From the IMG/VR virus record IMGVR_UViG_3300025842_000306: 35,928 bases of DNA. One strand, given 5' to 3'. Positions 1-6,974 of this stretch are shown in pieces. The stretch comes from a virus. Both the position numbers and the translations under genes were made by a program. Below the pieces are notes generated by a model. It searched no databases. It saw nothing but the letters and a program-made list of their open reading frames with translations, and was not told where the DNA came from. Within the stretch, counting starts at the first letter, position 1. Each line of letters begins with the position of its first letter.

Positions 1-85
1 AGGCACAGCGCCGAGGAAGTTAGCGAGGACTATCGCCAAGACGGCGGGAAACTGGGGTGGCTGATGGGGCTCGAACCCACGACAA
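1..85. repeat. att direct repeat, left copy
   Basis: Nt 1-85 equal 35843-35928, except that the AA at 38-39 is AAA at 35880-35882 in the right copy. Confidence 0.9.
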
Positions 86-100
86 CTGGAATCACAATCC
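53..100 (-). pseudogene. tRNA-His 3' fragment (anticodon loop to CCA) lacking the 5' half
   Basis: The reverse complement reads GGATTGTGATTCCAG-TTGTC-GTGGGTTCGAGCCCCAT-CAGCCAC-C-CCA. That is an anticodon loop with GTG, a T-arm, the acceptor 3' strand, discriminator C and CCA. It is very close to the E. coli tRNA-His 3' half as I remember it. Sequence beyond 100 cannot pair with the acceptor strand. Confidence 0.8.
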
Positions 101-237
101 TACAGCGCAAGAAGAAAGCAGCGTGAATACAGATAGATGCAAATTTATAATGTGCCGAAAAGACGCCTCAAAACACAGCAAAGTCACGTAGCCGCCGCGC
201 AAAAATTGGCACAGTGGACGGACTGAAACTGCCGATA

Positions 238-267
238 AAACTATGCCACCCGAAGGTGGCATAGTTT
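238..267. terminator. 13-bp stem / CGAA-loop hairpin flanked by an A-run and a T-run (bidirectional terminator candidate)
   Basis: aaactatgccacc-cgaa-ggtggcatagttt is a perfect 13-bp stem. On the minus strand it is followed by TTTTAT. Confidence 0.45.
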
Positions 268-326
268 GGAGTTGACTCCCGTGGGCTAGGCCCGTGCGGA
301 TTGTATCACCTCACAACAAAAAGTTG

Positions 327-354
327 TTGACTATACGCGCAATGCGCGTATAGT
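327..354 (+). promoter_or_regulatory. Sigma70-like promoter TTGACT-N16-TATAGT with an embedded operator-like palindrome (332-352)
   Basis: TTGACT lies at 327-332 and TATAGT at 349-354. TATACGCGCA-a-TGCGCGTATA (332-352) is a perfect 10-bp inverted repeat filling the spacer and -10. The site is 58 nt upstream of the first plus-strand ORF. Confidence 0.55.
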
Positions 355-411
355 AAGAACCGTAGTCACCGAGTCCTAGCGGTTCTAGGCGTTCCAAAAG
401 GAGCAAATATC

Positions 412-678
412 ATGGCAACTTTCAAGTCCTGGACACATCCGACAACCGGCGAAGTCCGCATCTATATCACCGGCCTGCTTGGCCAAAAATCTTCCAAAGT
501 TTTTGTTGTTGCACAGCCTGCCGATTCTTTCGGCTTCGAGTACGACATCCGCGCACAAGTGCCGGAGGGCGTTTACACGAAGCGTGCTGATCTGGTCAAT
601 GCAGCCGAGGAAGCCATCTTCGATGCATGCGGCTCGCGCGTGAAAACATTCGATGCAGTTTTAACCTTGACCAAATAA
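412..678 (+). CDS. Hypothetical protein (88 aa), first gene of the attL-proximal accessory operon
   Basis: ATG with AGGAG 8 nt upstream. No family recognised. Confidence 0.6.
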   Translation: MATFKSWTHPTTGEVRIYITGLLGQKSSKVFVVAQPADSFGFEYDIRAQVPEGVYTKRADLVNAAEEAIFDACGSRVKTFDAVLTLTK

Positions 679-687
679 GGAGCCATC

Positions 688-1011
688 ATGAGCATGAGAA
701 TCTACACGGATAACTCGATCGAGATCGACGGCGTGAAGACTGGGCTGAAAGTCACCCAGACAGGAAAAGGGACGGTCGTTTACATTCCTGAGCGCCCTGC
801 AGGATGGCAGGGCGTCAGCAAGAGGGATGTTGGTCGGGACGAAAACGGGAAGATGGAATTTGTTGAAGAGGTGATTACTCTTGAGCCCCGTTCCTATTCA
901 GAGATCAAGATGCCACATCAAAGATACTCGCTTGCGCACGACGCGCCAGCTTCCGGGGCAGCAGGCCGCACTCAGTTCGAGAACGACATCCGAGCGGTGC
1001 TCGCGCAATGA
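688..1011 (+). CDS. Hypothetical protein (107 aa)
   Basis: AAGGAG 5 nt upstream of the ATG, 9 nt after the previous stop. No family recognised. Confidence 0.6.
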   Translation: MSMRIYTDNSIEIDGVKTGLKVTQTGKGTVVYIPERPAGWQGVSKRDVGRDENGKMEFVEEVITLEPRSYSEIKMPHQRYSLAHDAPASGAAGRTQFENDIRAVLAQ

Positions 1012-1199
1012 CAACGACCGAACACAACCCATCGCCGGCCGAGGTCCGTGAAGTGCGTGAGACGCTAGGGCTTTCTCAGACTGCGGCTGCACAAATCGTC
1101 CATACGACTTGCCGGACATGGCAACAATGGGAGGCTGGAGACAGGCGGATGCATCCGGCCTTTTGGGAACTGTTCGTGCTGAAGACTTACCACCGATAA
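1008..1199 (+). CDS. Small XRE/Cro-type helix-turn-helix protein (63 aa)
   Basis: ATGA overlap with the upstream ORF. The motif ETLGLSQTAAAQIV..TCRTWQQWEAG is a typical HTH_XRE signature. Confidence 0.7.
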   Translation: MTTTEHNPSPAEVREVRETLGLSQTAAAQIVHTTCRTWQQWEAGDRRMHPAFWELFVLKTYHR

Positions 1200-1768
1200 G
1201 CCACCCCTACCCCAGCGAACCACGCGCCGTCGGTGTCGATCGAGGCATTCATGCCGAGGTGCATGGCTTTGATCTGCAGCAGGTCTTCACGGATCAGGAT
1301 GCGGCCTACCCTATCGCCGCCGGGGGTGAGGCCGTAGCCGAGCCAGAGCTGGCCGCGCTGCTCGATCGCAAGCCACGGGTAGGCCAGACGCTGAGTTAGC
1401 ATGTCGGTGGTGCCGGTGGACTCATTGAAGATGCTGACGACGGATTGCGGTCGCTCGTTCGATGGAATGATGACGGCAGTTGTGACGTGCTTCTTGGGGT
1501 CGGCTTGGATCTCTGGCGGCAGGTCGAGCTTCTTCTTTGCGCCGGGCTTGGCGACGACGACGGCGCAGTCTTGCGGCTTGATAGTTTCGGTTCCGGTATC
1601 GGCGATGCGGCTGTCTTGCTTTGGCTTTGTCCACTCGCCGGACGGTTCTGGGTCTTTGTGGGCCAGCCATGAGCCGAGCGCGACACTGGCGAGGATCAGC
1701 GCCAGGAGAAGCACGACGTGGAACAGCGTGCGCTGGGCGGCGTTCAGGGCATCGAGGACGACCATCAT
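1187..1768 (-). CDS. N-terminally membrane-anchored protein, last gene of the lysis cassette (possible spanin-like function)
   Basis: ATGA overlap with the holin-like gene. One N-terminal TM segment (LFHVVLLLALILASVALGSWLA). No lipobox and no embedded o-spanin ORF seen. Confidence 0.55.
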   Translation of the reverse strand: MMVVLDALNAAQRTLFHVVLLLALILASVALGSWLAHKDPEPSGEWTKPKQDSRIADTGTETIKPQDCAVVVAKPGAKKKLDLPPEIQADPKKHVTTAVIIPSNERPQSVVSIFNESTGTTDMLTQRLAYPWLAIEQRGQLWLGYGLTPGGDRVGRILIREDLLQIKAMHLGMNASIDTDGAWFAGVGVAYRW

Positions 1769-2124
1769 TCACCCCCGCCTTTGTTGAGTGTGCTGTCGAA
1801 GGTGTAGCCGATGCCGACCAGCGCGATGAGGGTGTTGATGGTGGGGTCGTGGAGATGGCCTGCTTTGAGCAGCGCCCAGACCAGCTCGGGGTTGATGTTG
1901 TCTGCCGCGCCGGAGCTGACCGCCTGCCAGCTGGCCAGCAGGAGCAGCAGCAGGACGACGCCGCTGCGGTCGGGGCTTTCGGCCAGCAGGTAGTCTTTGA
2001 GCGAGCCGCGATGCCGTCCGGTCTTGCACACCTTGCGGTAGTGCACGTAGGCGCCGAGGGTGAGGAAGATGAAGGCGGCCGCGAAGGAGAGGATGCTGGT
2101 GGTGTGTTGGGCGTCGTCCATCAT
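1765..2124 (-). CDS. Putative holin (119 aa, about 3 TM segments)
   Basis: ATGA overlap with the endolysin stop. Hydrophobic stretches are SILSFAAAFIFLTLGAYV, GVVLLLLLLASWQAV and INTLIALVGIGYTF. Confidence 0.6.
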   Translation of the reverse strand: MMDDAQHTTSILSFAAAFIFLTLGAYVHYRKVCKTGRHRGSLKDYLLAESPDRSGVVLLLLLLASWQAVSSGAADNINPELVWALLKAGHLHDPTINTLIALVGIGYTFDSTLNKGGGE

Positions 2125-2663
2125 GCCACCCCGCTGCTGTAGCTGGGCACGCCAGCGGAATCAAATGTTGCGGTCATCACTTGGCCGCGCGGGTGGTTGG
2201 CGGTGCCGACGTGTACCCAGGTGCCTTCCATGATGATCTGGTCGATGCTGCGCATTAGGTGCGGCTGATGCGAGACGTGGCGGACGATCTGCAGCGGCGT
2301 GCCGAATGCGCGGGCGGTGATGTCTGCCACATCGCCGCGCGGGTGGCCTTTGCGCTTGTAGTAGGCCGCCCACCCCGCCTCGTCCGCCATCACGCCGTGG
2401 CGCGCACACCAGGCGATGAAATCTTTTTTGCACAGCACGCGCTCCAATGCTTCGCAGCGATAGCCGGAGTTGATGACGATATACACCGGCCTACCCGCCT
2501 CTTCGCGCAGGCTGGTGCGCATCGGTTCCAGCACGTCTTCGGCCAGCCGGCGCAGGTTGTTGATGACCTCTGGCGGCGGAGTGTTGTCGATACCCAGCCG
2601 GGTGGCGGTGTCGGACTGGCACAGTTCGTCCCGTGAGAAGTGTTCTGAAAGCATCATAGTCAT
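2121..2663 (-). CDS. Endolysin, peptidase M15 (VanY / L-Ala-D-Glu peptidase-like)
   Basis: LSEHFSRDELCQSDTATRLGIDNTPP and SGYRC...HPRGDVADI are typical of Peptidase_M15 phage lysins. The start is set at the ATG at 2663, preceded by AAAGGAGG. The tracked ORF begins further upstream at a TTG. Confidence 0.8.
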   Translation of the reverse strand: MTMMLSEHFSRDELCQSDTATRLGIDNTPPPEVINNLRRLAEDVLEPMRTSLREEAGRPVYIVINSGYRCEALERVLCKKDFIAWCARHGVMADEAGWAAYYKRKGHPRGDVADITARAFGTPLQIVRHVSHQPHLMRSIDQIIMEGTWVHVGTANHPRGQVMTATFDSAGVPSYSSGVA

Positions 2664-2665
2664 GG

Positions 2666-2950
2666 TCAACCTCCTTTGATTTTCGCCACGACGCCCGCCC
2701 AAAGTGCGGCAGCGAAGGCGGTGGTGACGATTGCGATGAAAACCAGCACGCCGTGGTCTGCGGCTTTGCGAAGACGCTTGCCGAAGCGCAGATCTTCGCG
2801 GAACTCTTCCACACTCTCCGGCTTGTCGATGTCAACGCCGAGGAGGGCGAACGCCTTCTTCACCGCGTGGTCAGCAGCTGCTGAGGCATCCGGGCACGGC
2901 CCCTCCGTATCGCTCGCCCTGCGCTTCATTTCGCGCACGGACATCAACAT
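2666..2950 (-). CDS. Small protein with a C-terminal TM helix (holin/antiholin-type membrane protein?)
   Basis: The C-terminal sequence HGVLVFIAIVTTAFAAALWAGVV is hydrophobic. The gene lies directly upstream of the endolysin. The start is uncertain (ATG at 2950 or 2944). The long Arg-rich N-terminal extension of the tracked ORF looks non-coding. Confidence 0.5.
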   Translation of the reverse strand: MLMSVREMKRRASDTEGPCPDASAAADHAVKKAFALLGVDIDKPESVEEFREDLRFGKRLRKAADHGVLVFIAIVTTAFAAALWAGVVAKIKGG

Positions 2951-3053
2951 CCACCCAATGTTTTTTCTCGGCACAACGCCGCGAATGGCGAGCTGTAACC
3001 TGCGCACATGAGGCCGATGACGACGCCGGAGGTGATGTGTGGGTCGGCCACTG

Positions 3054-3473
3054 TTATTCCCCTTTTGATAAAAATCTACACAACTCACCCAACCGCGCCG
3101 GGCTGTACATCTCTGCTGCTGGGATGCCTATCGCTTCGGCGCACCATTCGGAGCAGAAATACTTGCTACCGTTTCGCCCGCCTCGGTTGAAGAGCTGGCC
3201 GCGAAACAGGCCGAGCCAGTCGTATGCGCGGCCTTTAGTCTGCTCGAAGAATGCCAGCACCTGCGCGACATCTGCCCAGAGCAGATCGATCACATCCCAA
3301 TTGCCGTTGGTCAGGTCGATCTGCTTGGCGCGCACGCCGCTATCCATCAGGCTCGCCGAGAGGCACACGCCGCATACCACCAGCTCGCAATGCGAATAGA
3401 TCGAGCCCGTCCACCAGCGCGTGATGCGGTTGCCCAGCTTCCCGCGGCCTTTGTAGAGGGCGAGCTGGACCAT
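3054..3473 (-). CDS. Permuted papain-like (NlpC/P60, YaeF/YiiX-type) putative cell-wall amidase
   Basis: His (SIYSHCELVV) precedes Cys (KYFCSEWCAEA), as in permuted NlpC/P60 enzymes. TAATG overlap with the upstream gene. Confidence 0.5.
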   Translation of the reverse strand: MVQLALYKGRGKLGNRITRWWTGSIYSHCELVVCGVCLSASLMDSGVRAKQIDLTNGNWDVIDLLWADVAQVLAFFEQTKGRAYDWLGLFRGQLFNRGGRNGSKYFCSEWCAEAIGIPAAEMYSPARLGELCRFLSKGE

Positions 3474-4021
3474 TACAGCCCCAGCGAGGTGCGCACCTGG
3501 GCGATGAATACGCGCCACGCGGCCACCGCCGCATCCAGCTCGGCTTGCGTGGTTGCAGCACGCATGGTTGATTGCGCGGTAAAGCGGGTGGAGCGCATCG
3601 CCAGCACCGCCGCACGCAGGCCATTCGCGCGGGCGATGATGAGGTCGGCGGATTGCTGGTCGGTGATGCCTGCGGTGGCCGCGTAGTCCGCCACATAGGG
3701 CGATGCCGTGCCGGTGTAGCCCGCCGCCTGAAATGCCAGGGCGGCTTGTTCGGCCTGCTCGTATTCCGGTGCGCGGCCGCCGATGGCGGCGGCATAGATG
3801 GCGTCCACATCGGCGTAGGTTTTATTGATAGCGGAGGTGCGAGCATCCTCCTGTGGAGGCTGTTCAGCGGGCGTCACAACGACCCATGCTCCGTCTTTCC
3901 AAAAGCACCCCTCTATAGTGGGGTTGTATTCTGGCACGGCGAATCCCGCCCTCAGCATCCAGTCCGCTGGGGTGTCGGTTGGGATGTGCTCAAGTGTGTC
4001 CGGATGGTATGCGTCTCTCAT
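3473..4021 (-). CDS. Hypothetical protein, tail-fibre assembly/chaperone-like (182 aa)
   Basis: AGGAG 7 nt upstream of the ATG at 4021. ATGA overlap with the RT stop. The function is inferred mainly from its position after the fibre/DGR genes. Confidence 0.4.
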   Translation of the reverse strand: MRDAYHPDTLEHIPTDTPADWMLRAGFAVPEYNPTIEGCFWKDGAWVVVTPAEQPPQEDARTSAINKTYADVDAIYAAAIGGRAPEYEQAEQAALAFQAAGYTGTASPYVADYAATAGITDQQSADLIIARANGLRAAVLAMRSTRFTAQSTMRAATTQAELDAAVAAWRVFIAQVRTSLGL

Positions 4022-4986
4022 GCTGTGACTCCTATTTTGTTGAGAAGGTTGTATGAATCCGCCCACTGGGCGTGGCCGCGCCAGGATGCGATAAAGCGGC
4101 CAAGCGATAGCTCATCGCCGCGCGCTCGGAATTTGAATATCTTGCGTTTGGCTGCAACCACCGATTGTTTTCGCAGCAGCTTATGCGTCGGCCAGATGCG
4201 ATAGCCAAGCCAGTCCAGCCCTTGCGTGATCTTGCCGATGCTCCACTTTGAGAAGCGCAGGCCGAGCTGTACATCGGAGAACCACTTCAAGCCTTGCTGC
4301 AACACGGCCAACGCCTCGCGGCTGTGAGCGAAAACAACCGTGTCGTCCATGTAGCGCAGCCAAGCCTTGATGCGCAGGGTATGCGTCAGATAGCGGTCGA
4401 GCACATGGCCGTAGACGTTGGCGAAGAGCTGACTGGTGAGGTTTCCGATGGGCAGGCCGCGCCCCGTCTCGGGCAGAAAGGTGGTTATCAGTTCCAGCGT
4501 GGCCGTGCAGCTCACCTTGCGCTTGATCTCGCCATACAGAACCACGCGATCGATGCTGGCGAAATACTTGGAGAAGTCCATCTTGAGCCAGTGCGTGTAT
4601 CCCCGTCGCATAATGGCCTGCGCCTCGATGGCAGCGGTGTGCGTTCCGCGCCCTTTGCGGCAGGCGTAGCTGTTGGGCAGGAAGGTGCGGTCAAATATCG
4701 GCTCGATGACTGCACACAGGGCGTGCTGCACCACGCGGTCGCCGAACGGCAGCGCCGAAATCTCTCGCCGTTTTGGCTCGTTCACAAAAAACAGCGTCGG
4801 CTCAGATGGGCAATAGGTTCCGTTCTTCAGCGCCTCAGAGAGTGCGCGCAGGTTCGCCGCCAGATGCTGCTTGAATTGCAGATGGCCACAGCTATAGCGC
4901 TTGCCCTTCGCTGCCTTCTCGTAGGCGCGATACAGGTTCGGCATGCTAGCGATCTTGCCGATCAGGTTCTTGTGCTTCTTACCCAT
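4018..4986 (-). CDS. DGR-type reverse transcriptase (322 aa)
   Basis: RT motifs are present, including LPIGNLTSQLFANVY (the DGR-typical xGNxxSQ motif) and YMDD. Size and position next to a TR match DGR RTs. Confidence 0.9.
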   Translation of the reverse strand: MGKKHKNLIGKIASMPNLYRAYEKAAKGKRYSCGHLQFKQHLAANLRALSEALKNGTYCPSEPTLFFVNEPKRREISALPFGDRVVQHALCAVIEPIFDRTFLPNSYACRKGRGTHTAAIEAQAIMRRGYTHWLKMDFSKYFASIDRVVLYGEIKRKVSCTATLELITTFLPETGRGLPIGNLTSQLFANVYGHVLDRYLTHTLRIKAWLRYMDDTVVFAHSREALAVLQQGLKWFSDVQLGLRFSKWSIGKITQGLDWLGYRIWPTHKLLRKQSVVAAKRKIFKFRARGDELSLGRFIASWRGHAQWADSYNLLNKIGVTA

Positions 4987-5152
4987 GCTGCCCTCTATGG
5001 TTGTTCAGTTGCAAGTGCGTCTTTCGAGGCTTCCTACTCGACGTTCCCTTGACCGCGTAATGTGTTCGCCGAAGCGGGATGGCGTGGCTGACCATAAAAA
5101 CTGCATGATCTGCATCGGCGGCCTTAACCATCCGAAGCGGGTGAAACTTATC

Positions 5153-5256
5153 GTCACAGGCGGCACGCAACCCAATGTTCCAGTTCGAGTTCCACGGGTA
5201 GTTGTTCCAATTGGAAGCCCGCGAACCGGAGTTCGCGCCGTTCGTGCGCGTGCCGC
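5153..5256 (-). repeat. DGR template repeat (TR), non-coding
   Basis: 104 nt align without gaps to 5673-5776. Eight mismatches, all at plus-strand T, which is A on the transcribed minus strand. The boundary could extend to 5260. Confidence 0.9.
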
Positions 5257-5258
5257 TT

Positions 5259-5639
5259 TTATCCACGTTCACCCCTTGCGGCTCTGGCCTTAATCCAAGC
5301 GCCGAGCATCTTTCCGGTTTCAGCGAGGTGGATACTTGCCACCTCGGCCTGATGCCGACTGATCAACTTGCGCTTGCCGTCCGCCAAAAACCGCACCATG
5401 TATCTCAGATCGGATAAGCCTGCATCAGCCAGATACAGCTTAGAGACTTGTCCAGACTTGCCCGCCTGAGAAAACATTCCTACTTGCTCAAACATCGCGC
5501 CAATGAATCGATCACGTGCCACGTGATGTGTGCGGCGGATGTTGAGCACAATCGGATACATATAATTGATGAAGCCCTCGAAGCGCTCGACGATGGCGAG
5601 CTGCCTCTGGCTGGCGAATTCATCACTTAAAGTCTCCAC
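5259..5639 (-). CDS. avd: DGR accessory variability determinant (Avd-like, 126 aa)
   Basis: A small basic helical protein between the target gene and the TR. GTG start at 5639. Size and position match bAvd. Confidence 0.75.
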   Translation of the reverse strand: METLSDEFASQRQLAIVERFEGFINYMYPIVLNIRRTHHVARDRFIGAMFEQVGMFSQAGKSGQVSKLYLADAGLSDLRYMVRFLADGKRKLISRHQAEVASIHLAETGKMLGAWIKARAARGERG

Positions 5640-5654
5640 GGTCGCTTTCGCTCC

Positions 5655-6965
5655 CTATACAGATTGCAAGTGGTCACAGGCGGCACGCAACCCAAGGCTC
5701 CAGTCCGAGTACCACGGGTAGTTGGCCCAATTGGAAGCCCGCGAACCGGAGCCCGCGCCGTTCGTGCGCGTGCCGCCTAGCAGCACCCGCGCCAGACCGT
5801 ATGTGCCGAAGGTGTAAGTCTCGCCGCGCTGCGAACCTGCTGCACCTGTATTGCCGTTGACTTGCTTCCATGACCCTGCTGGGCTGGCCGCTTCGCGGTA
5901 GAAATTGGAGTCTTGACCCCATACCCAATGGTGGCCTGATGCCTGCTCGATACCGTACTTGCTGGTGTAGCCTGCATTGCGCTGCGTGGTCGGGTAGGTC
6001 GCGGCAGTGGCGTCGATGGACTGATTTTCGGTCACGCCATAAGCGGCCTCTACAAACTCGCTCTCCCACATCAGGCGCTTCTTATTAGCTCTTGCAAGCT
6101 CGTTCGCCACCCACCAGTTCAGCGATGGGTAGGTAGTCACGCCGTTGCCGCCAAACGCGGCCGGAATCTTCGGCAAGACGGTGTGCGACGCGATGTTCGT
6201 GCCTGATTTGCTGGTGCCGTTAGTGGCGGTATCGGTTGAGCACAGGTAGATGTCCACCCATACCTGCCCGCCCACCAAAGCCATACCGCGCGGGTCGGAT
6301 GCCGCTGGGCGGAACTTTAAGTCCCAGATGGAATACTTGTTGATACCAGCGATGTCATCTACATCGCCCTGCACCCATATCTTGCCGTTGCCCGTGGTGG
6401 CGAACGAGCCGCCTGCCACCGTCGTGCCCGCAGCGACTAGGCCGTAGTGAAAGCCGCCGATCTTGCGCCAATTGCCCGCGCCTGGCGCATTGACGAAATC
6501 GGTTGTGGCTTGAATCGTTGCATCGTCCTTCACCCAGATGGCGTAATCCGTGCCGCCTGTGAGGGCTGGCATGGTGACGGGTGTATTCGATGTGTAGGAT
6601 ACAACAGTGCCAACCACCTCCACCTTTGTTCCGGCCTTGATCGAAAGTGTATCCGCAGCTGTTTTGGCGAAGGCGGGGTTTAGGTGGTCTGTTTTATAAT
6701 ATAAACCAGCGGAGCTTATTTGAGTTGATAGCTCTGCCGCGATCACGTCGCCCATCTCTTCCCAGGCATCGTTCGCCATGTTGCGCCGCCATCGCGTGCC
6801 GTCGGTCAGCGTCACTTCCATACCGGCGACGAGGTTGGTGGCGGGCAGTGATGCGCCGCTGAATTTGCTTTGCAACGCAAGCAGCGCTGCCTTGGTTATT
6901 GTCCCAAGCCCAGCAGGCGTCGTAACGGCTGTATCTATCGTGTTGGTATCCCATATCTGTGACAT
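5655..6965 (-). CDS. Tail fibre / receptor-binding protein, DGR target (Mtd-like, C-terminal C-type-lectin-type VR)
   Basis: 436 aa. AGGAGG RBS directly after the J-like stop. The C-terminal VR matches the TR. The WxxYPW...GLR.ACD pattern is typical of CLec-fold DGR targets. Confidence 0.85.
   Translation of the reverse strand: MSQIWDTNTIDTAVTTPAGLGTITKAALLALQSKFSGASLPATNLVAGMEVTLTDGTRWRRNMANDAWEEMGDVIAAELSTQISSAGLYYKTDHLNPAFAKTAADTLSIKAGTKVEVVGTVVSYTSNTPVTMPALTGGTDYAIWVKDDATIQATTDFVNAPGAGNWRKIGGFHYGLVAAGTTVAGGSFATTGNGKIWVQGDVDDIAGINKYSIWDLKFRPAASDPRGMALVGGQVWVDIYLCSTDTATNGTSKSGTNIASHTVLPKIPAAFGGNGVTTYPSLNWWVANELARANKKRLMWESEFVEAAYGVTENQSIDATAATYPTTQRNAGYTSKYGIEQASGHHWVWGQDSNFYREAASPAGSWKQVNGNTGAAGSQRGETYTFGTYGLARVLLGGTRTNGAGSGSRASNWANYPWYSDWSLGLRAACDHLQSV
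5673..5776 (-). repeat. DGR variable repeat (VR), encoding the last ~40 codons of the target gene
   Basis: Counterpart of the TR. It encodes ...GTRTNGAGSGSRASNWANYPWYSDWSLGLRAACD, followed by HLQSV and the stop. Confidence 0.9.
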
Positions 6966-6974
6966 TTTTCCTCC

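Larger units (their letters stand above)
4018..6965 (-). other. Diversity-generating retroelement cassette: target gene(VR)-avd-TR-RT
   Basis: See the component features below. The order is the same as the Bordetella phage BPP-1 mtd-avd-TR-brt arrangement. Confidence 0.9.

Noticed and set aside
2951-3088. Long N-terminal extension of ORF 2666..3088 (MSCVDFYQKGNNSGRPTHHLRRRHRPHVRR...). Similar upstream extensions occur on ORFs 2121..2702, 3054..3518, 3473..4066, 6975..10865, 10814..11320, 24266..25963 and 25639..26184
   Set aside because: The extensions begin at alternative or far-upstream start codons, overlap the preceding gene, are Arg/His/Pro-rich, and skip internal ATGs that have proper RBSs or ATGA coupling. 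Starts were therefore moved downstream.
4294-5052. 252-aa plus-strand ORF antisense to the reverse transcriptase
   Set aside because: Shadow ORF. The minus frame carries complete RT motifs.
4979-5272. Tracked 97-aa minus-strand ORF (MNVDKSGTRTNGANSGSRASNWNNYPWNSNW...)
   Set aside because: It is the DGR template repeat plus spacer read in the VR frame. Its protein-like appearance comes only from homology to the target gene's C-terminus. It has no RBS and spans the avd stop to RT start gap.
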